From contig CAJINV010000001.1 of NCBI GenBank assembly GCA_905178155.1, positions 6,667,860 through 6,731,859 on the forward strand: 64,000 nt of DNA, in the 5' to 3' direction. The position numbers and the translations under genes are program-made. A model generated the notes under the pieces. That model was given only the letters and a program-made list of their open reading frames with translations, made no database searches and was not told the origin of the DNA. This document shows, piece after piece, positions 1 to 11,339 of this stretch. Numbering within the stretch: the first letter of the stretch is position 1; every line of letters starts with the position of its first letter. This stretch comes from Amoebophrya sp. A120 (Eukaryota > Protista > Dinoflagellata).

Positions 1-297
1 CTCGATTGACCTTCCTTCCTTCCACTCAGTGGTCGCTGTTCATCATCCGATGACATCACATCATGGTTATCGTTATGCACGGCGCGCCGCGGGATGTTGA
101 CATAGATAGTACACAGAAAAGTCCACAACTACAAAACGCCCTATTTTCGCGGCGTGCAAGTCGGAAGAAAAGCGCTGCGATATGATGCACATCAGCTTCC
201 GATAAAATAATTGATTCCGTGAAGAAAATTTGTAGACTTGTTTCGAAGGAATGTTCCCTTGATGTAGGTCCGGCGGTCTTAAGCCGTTTCCAAATAT

Positions 298-1740
298 TCA
301 TTTTTTTTTTCCGATACTGATTGTCCTCTTGACGTCCTCCAGCGCTTCTCGGCCCCTTTTGTTTCCCGCGGCGATATTTCGCAGAGCGGCGACGAGGAAA
401 AGGAAGTGGGCGAAGAAGGGATCGTACCTGGTCGTCGAGAAAAAGATCGGTGAGAGACGTTGCAGCGCGCTGCAGAGAACAAACCCGAGTCCCGCACCCA
501 CCACAACATCGAGAACGTGGTGGACCTGCCAGTGCACCCGCCCAAACGCCGCCAGGAAAACTAGCGACAGACAGCACACAGTGGTTGTCAGACTCCTGCT
601 TGAGCTTGAAGACTCGATGCTGGAGGTCGACTGTTGTTCCTCGAAGAGCTCCAGAAAAGAGTAGTACACTGCGACCGCGACGCCGGTTGCACCCGCTGTG
701 TCGCCGGAGGGAAAGCTCGCGTCCGGGTCCAGAGCGATGAACTTCGAGAAAAATTGCACCCGGTATTCCCTCCGTTGGTCTTCGGGCACGAGGAGAAGTG
801 GTCTTCTTCTTTTCGTCACGTCTTTCACCACCATCACCGCCGCCAGACTGACGCTCCAGTACACGAGGACTCGGCGCGCGGCACTGATCGCGAGTGGCGG
901 CGTGGAAGAAAAGGTGGAGCCTCCTGGGGAGAACAGCAAATCCACGACACCACTAAAAACGATTCCCTCCTCCTGCCAGCAGGCCTCCAGGACCAACAAC
1001 AGTATGGAAACGGCGACCGGCCCGAGCACGTACCCCCACTTGCCCCAGAAAAATTCGAAACGCCCGGCCACCTGCAGGGCCGCCGCCGGTGTTTTCACTT
1101 CTTCCTTGGAAGTGCGTGCGAGCAAAACATACATGAAGAACGTCACCAGCCAACCCGCAAGTAGGAAAAGTGCCACTGTGAGACACACCAAGTTTACCTC
1201 CTGGGCTGTTCTCGCAGCTGCCAGTGGTCCGCCAGCGTTCTTTGGATTATTTGCTTGTTGTATGATCGTGGTCGTGAGTAGACCCGGGGACCAAATTTTC
1301 GGCCGACTATTCCACGCGTCGAGCACTAGTACCAGTGTCAGCGGACACATAACCAGGCACGGAGTCGTCGAGAAAAACATTCCCGGGAACGCAAAAGCGT
1401 ACTCGAGAACGCCCAAGTTGATGCGATCCGAAATGATGCGCGATACCCATTTGTCAGCCCGATCGAGCTTCCCGCCGGCAGGAGGCCACACTTGTTGGGA
1501 ATTTGTTGTACTGGTACTAGAGGATGAGGATATTTCATAACTTTTGTTGCGCGTTGAATTGTCACGACTGCGTTCCACCTTTTTCGCACTCGTAGTCGAC
1601 GATGACGCGGCCACACTTGTTCTGCGCCCGGACGTAAATGATGAAGACGCTTTCCTTCCCGTTGACGTTGCCGGTGTAGCTCCTCTCAGACGAGCTTTGG
1701 AGGATTTATCCCCGGTGGAAGTTGTCTTCATGGTATTCAT
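298..1740 (-). CDS. PAP2-superfamily integral membrane lipid phosphate phosphatase-like protein
   Basis: 480 aa ORF with several hydrophobic helices and the three PAP2 motifs: KDVTKRRRP (C1), SFPSGD (C2, normally PSGH) and GRVHWQVHHVLD (C3). Confidence 0.8.
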   Translation of the reverse strand: MNTMKTTSTGDKSSKARLRGATPATSTGRKASSSFTSGRRTSVAASSSTTSAKKVERSRDNSTRNKSYEISSSSSTSTTNSQQVWPPAGGKLDRADKWVSRIISDRINLGVLEYAFAFPGMFFSTTPCLVMCPLTLVLVLDAWNSRPKIWSPGLLTTTIIQQANNPKNAGGPLAAARTAQEVNLVCLTVALFLLAGWLVTFFMYVLLARTSKEEVKTPAAALQVAGRFEFFWGKWGYVLGPVAVSILLLVLEACWQEEGIVFSGVVDLLFSPGGSTFSSTPPLAISAARRVLVYWSVSLAAVMVVKDVTKRRRPLLLVPEDQRREYRVQFFSKFIALDPDASFPSGDTAGATGVAVAVYYSFLELFEEQQSTSSIESSSSSRSLTTTVCCLSLVFLAAFGRVHWQVHHVLDVVVGAGLGFVLCSALQRLSPIFFSTTRYDPFFAHFLFLVAALRNIAAGNKRGREALEDVKRTISIGKKK

Positions 1741-2548
1741 ATTTCAACTTTGTCGTACCGATGCTTATGTAGATTCTTGCATTTCCATATTCACTTCTGA
1801 TTCTTCGTTCGGATCCTGATCTCTTTTGCTTTTGTCTAGCAACAGTGTTTATGATCATGTAACTCAACTTAGTCCGTTATGCTTGACTCAGCAGTCGCCT
1901 GAAAATCAATTGTGTGCTCGCTTCTTGAGGCAAGCGAGTGACTGTTTACCATAGTGAGTGAGGGACTCTGAGTCACCTAAAAATCTAAGCGAAAAAAAAA
2001 TCCATATTGCATCTCAATCTGTAGATCTTCAGCACCGAAATGGATGCAAGACCTCTATGACGAGCATCAGAGGTAGTGCCTTCAGTCACCTCGAGATCCC
2101 GGTTCCAACTAACGAAAAAAGAGAACAACACGACAGCTGGGAAGAAGTCTTTTCACTTCGCGCTGCATCATCATACGAAGGACGCGTACTCGTTCACCGC
2201 CAGCAGCGGCACTAGCTCCGCCTCGAATTAGCAAAAATGAAGCAGAGAGTTATGGCGTGGATGATTCCGTGAGCATGGTTATCAGGGCACGAAGAAAAAC
2301 CGAATATCATCGGGAAAAAAAGAGCTCATATGCCTTTGGAGAACGTATGTCTGTGCAAAATCGTGGGAGGTAGAGGCAAACGTCACGACCGGATAAACTA
2401 CCACTTGACCAAAACACCTTTACTGAAGTGGGGGTAGACGAAAGAAAAAACACAAAGTGGGTCATGTGGTGATTCTTGTGATACTGATTGATAATTAATG
2501 ATATCGCTTTCACTTTCTTGCTTATCGTAACAAAAAGCGACACTACTT

Positions 2549-3624
2549 TTATGTGGCAGTGACGTCCGTGACGTTGAGCCCCAAGGCCTTCAGCGACTTC
2601 ACAAGCTTTTTCTGGTCCCGCCGCTCCTTCTTAATCGCCTTTGCCTTTTTCTTCTTCTCAAACTCGAGTTTGTCGGCAAAGCTCTGTTTGATGTCCTCGA
2701 GTTTTTGCGTGAGCCCTTGGTCATACACCACGCGCATTTCGTACCCCGAATTGTTCTTTCGCCGGACGTATTCCTCACGGAAAAGCCGCGCCCCAGTCGT
2801 GCTCATCCGATTCAGCTCCTGCTCCGCCGTACGTCGGGTTGTGTCTGTGTGATGTCGTAATTTCAAATTTCAAATGATAATGAATAATAAATTCAATTCG
2901 CATTTTGATTCTTTTAGGAATCAATGTATTGAACCGACATGAAAATCTATTGCAACTATATTTATTGAGAATCGTATGTTTTCGCACCAGACAGAGCAAT
3001 TCAGATGAAGTAACAAGAAGTACCTCTCGCCTGGTCCGCTGTTTTCTCGCCTGGCCGTGCGAGCGGGCGGCACCAGCGCACGATGTCGCGCGGGTCCCGC
3101 GTGTCGGTGACGTAGACCGGGTGCCACAAGGTGCTGGGCATCACGCCCTTGCGGTATTCCTTCATCAGGCGCTCGCCGTGCGACCCCTTGCCCCAGTGGT
3201 CCCGTTCCCCCTCACGTGGCAAGTTTCTGGCTTTTTCGTTCGGGTCCGATGTGTTCAGCTTCGCATTCACCACGACTGGCAACGCGGTGCCGCCACTTGG
3301 GATCTCCGGCTTCTTCAGGACGCTCACGTACCCATTGGAAGCGTGTATGGACGTCGCACCAGTGGCCGAAGAACTCCGTGTAGCTTTTGGCGCCGCCGCG
3401 GAAGGGACGCTGATACCGTTTGGGAATGTGAAATTCGCCTGCCTTTTCTTTTGCGCGAGGACTTCGGGAGGCTCCTCATCATCCAGATCTGCGGGCGAAG
3501 CCTCACCGAACGACACACTGTGCCGGTTTGGCGCACGGTACTTTCGGCCGATCACCTCATCCCAGCTCGTGGGCGTCCGCCCCGTGTCCGCGTGCAACGC
3601 AGAATTCGCACCGATGCGATACAT
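2549..3624 (-). CDS. Hypothetical two-exon protein with basic coiled-coil C-terminus
   Basis: ORFs 3001-3624 and 2549-2866 join in frame (..QAR-D-TTRRTAEQ..) across an AT-rich GT-AG intron at 2845-3023. Confidence 0.65.
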
Positions 3625-4014
3625 GTTGGCTTTGCCTCTGAGAATTTAAGTACAACACAGGTGTAAATGGTTACTTTTGTCCTAAGGGAGTAAATGATGA
3701 TGAGGGAGTTGAAAAGAGTTTATACATGCACCTGATGTAGTTTGATGTACTGTGTGACCGCGATAATTATAATAATAGTGAAACGGGTTTTGCCTCCCCC
3801 TTTGCTATAATCTATAGGAGGCGCTTAGAAAAATAATTCTAAACAAATGTGCTTAGAAGGTTCCGTCTAGAGGCGATGTGTAACAGATTGGGCCTTTCCA
3901 TTTTTCCTGTTCGCCATACCATCGCGCAGAATATTACTCCGCATGGTATGGCGCACAGAGTAGATGCCACGCATTTCATGGCATCGCGGGGACCAAAAAC
4001 CCTGCCGCGAACTC

Positions 4015-6240
4015 CTGGGCCATTACTATCCGGTCGGGTTAGGCTAAAATGATGGCCAAGAGCTCGCTGGCCATCACTTTCCGGCCCGTCGGGCCAAAGT
4101 GATGGCCAAGAGCTTCTCCTGACCCGTCTATCACTTTCCAGTCGGGCAAACAAGGAAATACTTAGTGGCCCAGTGCTCCTTGGCCATCCCCATCTCTTCG
4201 ACTTCCCGGCCGGGCAAAAGTGATGGCCGAGATTTTCTAGGCCATCGCTTTTGGCCATCATTTTTCCGGCCGCCCGGGCAAAAGTGATGGCCGTGAGCTC
4301 CCTCTGGGCCATCACACACTTTCCGGTCGGGCAAAAGTGATGGCCAAAAGATCCTGCTTGGCCATCACTTTCCGGCCGGCTTCCCGGTCGAGAAAAAATG
4401 ATGGCCAGGCTTCCATGGCCATCCCCATCGCTTTTCGCTCCCTCGGGCAAAAGCAATGGCCAAGAAGAGCTTCTTGGCCGTCGCTTATTTGCTTTTGGCC
4501 ATCACTTCCATCCCGGCGGGCCGGGCAAAAGTGACGGCAGAGAGCCCCTTGGCCATCGCTTTCCGGTCGGGCAAAAGCGATGGCCCGGAGCTCCGCGGCC
4601 ATCACACACTTCTCGCTCGGGCAAAAATGATGGCCGCGAGCTCCTTGGCCATCAATTCTCGCCTAGGCAAGCAAAGCGATGGCCACGAGCGCCCTTGGTG
4701 GCCATCATCTTTTCGGTCGGGCGAAGGTGATGGGCGAAAGCCCCCTGGCCATCACTTTCCGATCGGGCAAAAGTGATGGCCGAGAGCTCCTTGGCCATCA
4801 GTCTTGGCTGGCCATCGGGCAAACGTGACGGCCAAGATTTCCCTGGCTCTCACTTTTGCCCGTCAGCCACTTTCCGGTCGGGCAAAACTGATGGCCAAGA
4901 GCTCCCCGGCCATTATTTCTGGCCATCAGCCACGCACTTCCCGGCCGGACAAAAGTGGTGCCCGAGGGCTCCTTGGCCATCACTTTTATTTGGCCATTGG
5001 TTCCCGGTCCGCCGGGCGAAAGTGATGGCCAAGAACTCCTTGGCCAGCAATCACTTTTTGCCTTCGCTTTCTGGTCGGGCGGCAAAAGTGGTAGATGGCC
5101 AAGAACTCCTTGGCCAGCCGCGATCACTTTTCGCCATCGCTTTCCGGCCCGGCGGCAAAAGTGATGGCCAAAAGCACAAGCCCCTTGGCCATCACTTTTG
5201 GCCATCAGTCATTTTCCGGCCGGGCAAAGCTGGCGGCCAAGAATTCCTTGGCGATATTTATCTTCTTGCCATCGCTTTCCGGCCACGGCCGGGCAAATAA
5301 AAGCAAAAGGGATGGCCAGGAGTTCCCTGGCCACCGCTTTTCGCTCGGGCAAATGTAATGGCCGAGAGCTCCCTGCCCTGTCTGGCCATCACTTTTGGCC
5401 GGGAGCTCCTTCCTTGGCCATGGAGCTCCTTGGCCATAACTTTTGGCCATCACTTCCCGGTCGGGCAAAAGTGATGGCAGAGAGCCTCTTGGCCATCACT
5501 TCCCGGGCGGGCGAAAGCGGCGGCCAGGGCCTGCTTGGCCATGCGTCGCTTTTCGCCCGGGCAAAAGTGTTTCCGGTCCGTCGGGCGAAAGTGATGGCCA
5601 AGAGCCCCTTGGACATCACTCTGCTCGGGCAAAAGTGATTGATGGCCAATGGCTCCCCGGCCATCGCTTTTCGCTCGGACGGGCCGACGGGCAACCAACC
5701 AAGCAAAGTGATGGCCAGGAGCTCCTTGGCCACCACTTTCGGCGGCCATCAGTTATTTCCGGTCGGGCAAAAGTGGTTGGCAAAAGCTCCTCGGCCATCA
5801 CTTTCCGATCGGTTCGGGCAAAAGTGGTGGCCGCGAGCTCCTTGGCCATCACTTTTGGCCATCGCCTTTCGTTCGGGCAAAACATCACTCTCCGGCCGAG
5901 GCACGCAAAAGCGATGGCCAGGAGCTCCTCGGCCATCGTTTTCCGGCCGGGCGAAAGTGGTGGCCAAGAGCTCCGGGGCCATCGCTTTCGCTGGCTCGCT
6001 CGGGCAAAAGTAATGGCCGAGAACTCCCTGGCCATGCGTCATTTTTCGCTCGCCTCGGGCAAAAGTGACGGCCAAGAGCTCGCAGGCCATCACTTTAATT
6101 TCGGCCCGTCGGGCAAAAGTGATGGCCACGAGCTTCGTGGGCATCGCTTTTCGCTCGGGCAAAAGTGATGGCCCGAAACTCCTTGGCCATCACTTTTGGC
6201 AACCACTTTCCGGGCGGGCAAAAGTGATGGCCAGCCGGCC
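4015..6240. repeat. Tandem array of degenerate palindromic ~45-55 bp units
   Basis: Consensus GGGCAAAAGTGATGGCCAAG-AGCTC-CTTGGCCATCACTTTT-CCGGTC repeated dozens of times. The many overlapping ORFs here are artefacts of the repeat. Confidence 0.95.
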
Positions 6241-6660
6241 GCCAAAGCCGCCGCCAACAATCAAAATAGACTTTGCGGCTGGCCCCCCTCTGCTTTGCTT
6301 GCCGGGCGCGCAAAAGGGGCTGACGCCGGGCCGGCGTCCTGGATGCCGGACCGCAAAAGCGCTAAAGCGGCGAGGCCGCTAGGGCAAGCGCAGGCCGGCC
6401 CAGGCGCACCAACCTCCCTCGGGGCCCGCCGCCCTCCCATGCACAAAGCAAAACCGCACCAGTCCGAGTCCCGCGGCCCTGCTGGACGGTCGTGCCTGGC
6501 TCCGTGTAGTCTGTCCGCGCTATGCTTTTGCTTTCTCTTCCTCTTGCGGTGCCGCCTCCCCCTTTTTCTGAGGCGAATTCCGGGGCCTTTTGTGCCTATT
6601 TCTGTCTGTGCCATGCCTTCACCTTCTAACCAACCAAAATGGCGTGAGCGGTGCGCGCTC

Positions 6661-7247
6661 CTATCGCACGAAAAAAATATATCATACTCATATTCACGCG
6701 AATTCAACCATGAAAAATTGTCATTTTTTTGGAAAAAGCGCAACATTTTTGTCGAAAAACTCAAGTATTTCATCAGCGATTTTTTTTTCCGGCGACGAAT
6801 TTGCGGGGTTTGGAGGTAAGACCTGGCGTATTTTTTTTGGATGAGAAATATGCTACGCTATGAGTTGGCTGCTTGTAGTAGTTTCACTAGCTAGAAGGAG
6901 GCGGCTGGCACGGATACTCCCGCTGCTCTTGTCCAGACCTTGCTCTTCGTCATGATGCTCCTCGGCCCCACCTGGGGCCGAAGGCGACGATTCCGACGGA
7001 GTGGATGTGGCCAGCAGCGTTCCCGGATATGCGGCACCTAACCGCCTCTTAATAGCTAGTTAAACTACTACAGGCAGCCAAAATAGATAGATGCAAGATC
7101 CATGCCATTCCATCATCAAAACAAAACAAGGTACCTGACTCTGCCGGACACCGCGAAGATTTTTGAAAAGTCAAAAATTGAAAAAAATGCGCTTTTTGGA
7201 CTTTTTTCGGTCCGGTATGAGTATGATATATTTTTTTGGTGCGATAG
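6661..7247. mobile_element. Fold-back MITE with 32-bp TIRs and 3-bp target-site duplication CTC
   Basis: 6661-6692 CTATCGCACGAAAAAAATATATCATACTCATA matches the reverse complement of 7216-7247 at 31/32. CTC at 6658-6660 and 7248-7250. Inner arms (~6866-6905 vs ~7042-7082) are also complementary, and there is a central hairpin CGGCCCCA-cc-TGGGGCCG. Confidence 0.85.
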
Positions 7248-8041
7248 CTCCATGTGTAGAATTATTTTTCAAGCTACTAGCCCAGCGGGCGTCCGAGACG
7301 CCCGCGTCAAAGGGCTAGTATGTATATGAAAATGAAAATCTAAATTGATGAAGATAACGACATGTGAACGATCGGAGCACCACGCCAATGCTTGTTTGGA
7401 CGAGTACAGACGACGACACGTGCGCGCATGTGAACGAAAGAGAGAGAGAGGCTTGGTTCTTCTTGCTGGCTATTTATCAACCACCACGAGCACGAACGGA
7501 AAGGACAAAACGCACGTAAACTACCGGCAGCACCATTTGTTCCCGCACGGAGTACCAGAACGTGAGTGAGACGCCGAATATTCATCACTGCAGCGAGAAG
7601 AAACTGAAACACGCAAGGGACACGACAAGACATCGACAGACGACCAAAACTATGATCACACCTGGGACGACCGATCAGCAAGTTGTAACGCAACCTCTGA
7701 TGTGATCGTGCCTTCGGATTTTACAACGTGCACCACAGAAGTAAATGGAGTTTTGAATTTCTCTTCTCATCTAAATCTGTGCTCCGAAACCTACTAAATT
7801 GAAAATCGAGATGTTTCCTCAACAACTACAAGAACTGCCAGGGAGCAAAAAATTATCAGGTGGAACCAGTGACGAAACAGATTACAGGTACTTATTTGCC
7901 TGGGGAAGTCCAACGAACTGCTCCTGCTCGACCGTATCGAATCGGAATCGTGCAGCTCAAAAAATTTGTAAAAGCGAGGGAGGGGGGATCTAGAAACGCT
8001 AGAGGACAAGATCTGAGTTGACTACAGGGTTTGGTGTATCT

Positions 8042-10342
8042 TCAAAACTGGGCTGGCTCCAGGTCCCGCTCATACAACGGCGTGGTCGGCGAAAAAGTTG
8101 TACTACTTGATGTTGATGAGCGCGCCTCGGGACCTCCAAAAAAATCTTTCTCTGTTGCAATTCGCTTGAATGAAACACTCCATACGTAGACCATGAGTGC
8201 GAGCGCGTAACAGGAGTAGAGTAGCTGCGCAATGATATCCCAATCCACGCTATCGTAGATTTTCTCGGGGAGTTCCCATTTTTTCTGCTCAATTTCTCCG
8301 TCTTCGTCTACGCTAGTGACGGCTGAATTCCGAGCCTGTGCACTAGCGGAGAAGGCTCCCTCGATAAAGTCGTCCTCGTCATCCGTTTCGGCGAGGTCCA
8401 CCGGAACGTTCTGGTTCACGAGCAATGGTGCCATTTCGGCTCCTTCGGCAGTTATTTCTTTTTTAGTTTCTGCCTCCTCGGTCGGGCGGTGCTCGAACTT
8501 CTTAAACATGGCAAACCTTGTCGTCATCAGCATGAGTCCCATAAACGCGGAGAAGAAGCCCGTGGCCATGAAAGTGAGGTAGTGGGCGTGGCCGCCACGC
8601 AGCAGCCCGTCTTGAAAGAGAATCATGAGCACGCAGGTGAGCAGCGGGAACACCACGCCGAGCATGAATCCCATCAGCTTCGGGATCCACAGTCCGTACT
8701 GCTCCCATTGGTCGCGCCGGTTTTGGAAAAAGCCCGCGCGCCGGCGCGCCGCGTGCAATTCCGAGTATCGTTTCTGCCAGTCCTTTTTCACGGTGGCGTG
8801 GTCCTCCGGGAGCCCCATCTGGTACAGCACGTCGTACGTAATGCCCTTCTTCTGCAGTTCGGGGTCCAATTTTTGCCGCACCTTTATGGCGTTCTCAACT
8901 GTTACATTCTCCAGTGTTACATGGATTTGTCATGCAAGAATGGGAAAAGTGAAAGGGGGGAGGTTGCATCTGTAGCATTACAAATTCCGAACAGATTTGG
9001 GTGCTGTTTAGCCATTCGCAAATTTGTCATGCGAAGCAGCTTGATCGTGTGGATCTTGTTGATGATCATTTTGCATGACAAATCATGTAACAGTTGAGAA
9101 TGTAACGTTTGAGAACGCCATAACCTTCGCGTCCGCCTTCGCATCGAGGTCCTCCTCCGATACATTGTAGTCGTAGACCAGGTATGGATTGTAAAAGTGT
9201 CTGGGTCTGGAAGGTTGCAACTTGTCATGCTATTTCTGGATTATGCAAAAATCTGTGTTGCATAAGTGCCAAAAGCTGTCCACTTTCGACCAAGTTGGCA
9301 GGGAGTTTCTCATGCAGGATAGGCATGGTAGGGATCTCACAGAATCTGTCATGCTGGGTCTCGCATTCCAGACCTCATGGCTCATGGAAAATATGCATGA
9401 CAAATGTAGAAATTTTCCAGACCCAGACATTTTTGCATTTGATACCAGGTCCCCGAGCTCCTTCCAGCAGACAAAGAGTATCAGTGGCTGCAGCATGGTC
9501 GGGAAGCCGCCCGACAGCGAGTCCCGGTTGTGGACCCGCACGAAAAACGTCAGCAAAAAACCTATCACCTTGAACAGCAGTAGCAGCATGCCCAAGACTT
9601 TGCTCCGGTACCGCATCTCGACGAAGGTGGCGCAGACAATGAAGAGCGGCATTTCGATGCAGTAGGCGACAGGGTTGGGAATTACGAAGGAATGCGTCAG
9701 GGAATTATGGTACAACTCGAAGGCGAGGTCCCGGCACCCTCCAGCACCCCCCAGATATCGCTGAATAAAGGCATTCGCCGGCGCGGCCCCTATCTTTTCG
9801 TACTGCCTTTCCTTGATCCGGTCCGTCAGCATGCAGAGACTCCACATGAAGGTGCAAAACATGGTGTGCATGAGTGTGATCACCGGAAAATAATGTGAAT
9901 CGTTCTGGCCTTTCGGACCGCAGATTATCTCGCGGAGGGGCGGCCCGTCCTTTTCACTTGTATTATTCAGACGCTTGTTGGCTATCTGCCTGTTATCCTG
10001 GTGCTGGAACTTGTTCCGTTCCGCATCCTCGGTGTCCACAATGTGCCGGACGATACTCAGTATGATGCCCTGTCCTGCGTGCTTCATCTTTTCTCTGCGC
10101 TTCTTCCTGGCTTCAGCCTCCACCGAAGGCCGCTCTTTATTACTTACTCTTTTCTCAGCCTTTCCCTGCGCCTTGCTTTTTCGGCTGGAGCGATCTTCCA
10201 CTTGGCCAGGAGTTGTTCCTTCATCAGGCACAGCAGCAGCGGCTCCGTCGTCTCCTCCAAGAATGTGCGTTGGTGTTGCCTCGTTGTCCTCTGGCTGTTC
10301 TTCCGTTGCCGGCGGAGTAACAAGGGCGCCGGCTTCTGACAT
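8042..10342 (-). CDS. Rhomboid-like multi-pass membrane protein, probably catalytically inactive (3 exons: 10342-9446, 9178-9125, 8881-8042)
   Basis: Removing introns 9179-9445 and 8882-9124 gives a continuous frame WKELGDL-VYDYNVSEEDLDAKADAK-VRQKLD. Rhomboid-like segments: PVITL, LTHSF, ATFVEMRYRS, DSLSGG (cf. GASG) and HAHYLTF (cf. AHLGG). Confidence 0.55.
8882..9124 (-). other. Inverted-repeat introner intron E1 (GT-AG by sliding into the TSD)
   Basis: Arms TTATGGCGTTCTCAA..GTTACATTCTC..TTGTCATGCAA (from 8884) are complementary to 9071-9123. Flanking direct repeat CCT at 8881-8883 and 9124-9126. Removing 243 nt restores the frame. Confidence 0.85.
9179..9445 (-). other. Inverted-repeat introner intron E2 (non-canonical GT-TG)
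   Basis: Arms GGTATGGATTGTAAAAGTGTCTGGGTCTGGAA and TTCCAGACCCAGACATTTTTGCATTTGATACC. Direct repeat ACCAGGT at 9177-9183 and 9444-9450. Removing 267 nt restores the frame. Confidence 0.85.
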
Positions 10343-11339
10343 TTTGATTCTCAGACCCACGCTCTTCTTCCTAGTGGTCTGGTGAATTAGCCGCGCCGAT
10401 CAGGTGATTGTGATTCAATTACGATGGATCTGGTGGAGGTGCAATTAGAATTAATGAAACAAGCAGTAGAGTCGTCGAGACGCCTTCCGGAGGCGTCTGG
10501 TGGAACTCTGAAAGATATTGCGCTGAAGAAGTTCTACTTCCAGGTGAAACACTACGCAGTAGTGATTTTGGCGTACTGGTTGCGCGGGTGCGCGTTTTAA
10601 ATTATTGGGAGGGGAAACAAACAGCCCTGACGATTGAAGAATAACGAAAAGACGAAATAAATGCCATCCTCGGTCGTGTTGCAGAAATTGTGAAACAAAT
10701 TCAAATAACTCCCTGTACTTGTTACACTAGCCAACAGGAGGAGTTTGAGTTTTTCTCCATAAACGATGCACGACGACGATCAGTACGATGAAACACATGT
10801 TGAAACCTACCAAAAATCTACACGGACGGACGCAGTGAACGAAAACCTCAATATTTATGTGCAACACCACAGCTGCTGCATGCACCGCAAATAAAACTGG
10901 AACGATTGAAATAACTTCGCACTAAGGTGCATTCGTGTGGCCAAGCGACCAGGCCAGCACAAAGGGTCTACGCGTCCATATTATGTGGCTGAAACGACAC
11001 GCCTGACGAGAACGATGAGACGACTAGGGAACAGTTCCTGATCCTGCGGCAAAAACTCTATTGCTACATGGATCCGGTTATTTATTCTTGCCTTGTGCAG
11101 CAAAGTGCTGCCGAAAAGCATCTGAAAACAGCCTGGCCATCGTGATTCAGATTCTGTACCGCTTGAGTTCAAAATATCTACCTGCTCCGTTTGAGTAACT
11201 GACACTGTTGAAGCGATGCGCAGCGCTGCGAGCTCATTCAGAATCAAAATGCAACTCCAATTTTCTAATTTTCGAAACTCCTAAAAGTCAAGTTATCTTC
11301 TTGTCGTCTTCGACTTGCTGCTCATACTTCGCGCGATGC

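Larger units (their letters stand above)
3811..7318 (+). mobile_element. Putative non-autonomous Helitron carrying a satellite array and a nested MITE
   Basis: 5' A|TCTATAGG at 3810/3811. 3' GC hairpin GCGGGCGTC-cga-GACGCCCGC (7285-7305), 9 nt spacer, then CTAG|T (7315-7319). No Rep/Hel ORF. The 5' end is less certain than the 3' end. Confidence 0.5.

Noticed and set aside
4015-6240. CRISPR array
   Set aside because: Units are degenerate, have no unique constant-length spacers and no cas genes; the context is eukaryotic.
3839-6382. Many overlapping ORFs (MAKSSLAITF-type peptides)
   Set aside because: By-products of a palindromic GC-rich repeat; similar peptides appear on both strands.
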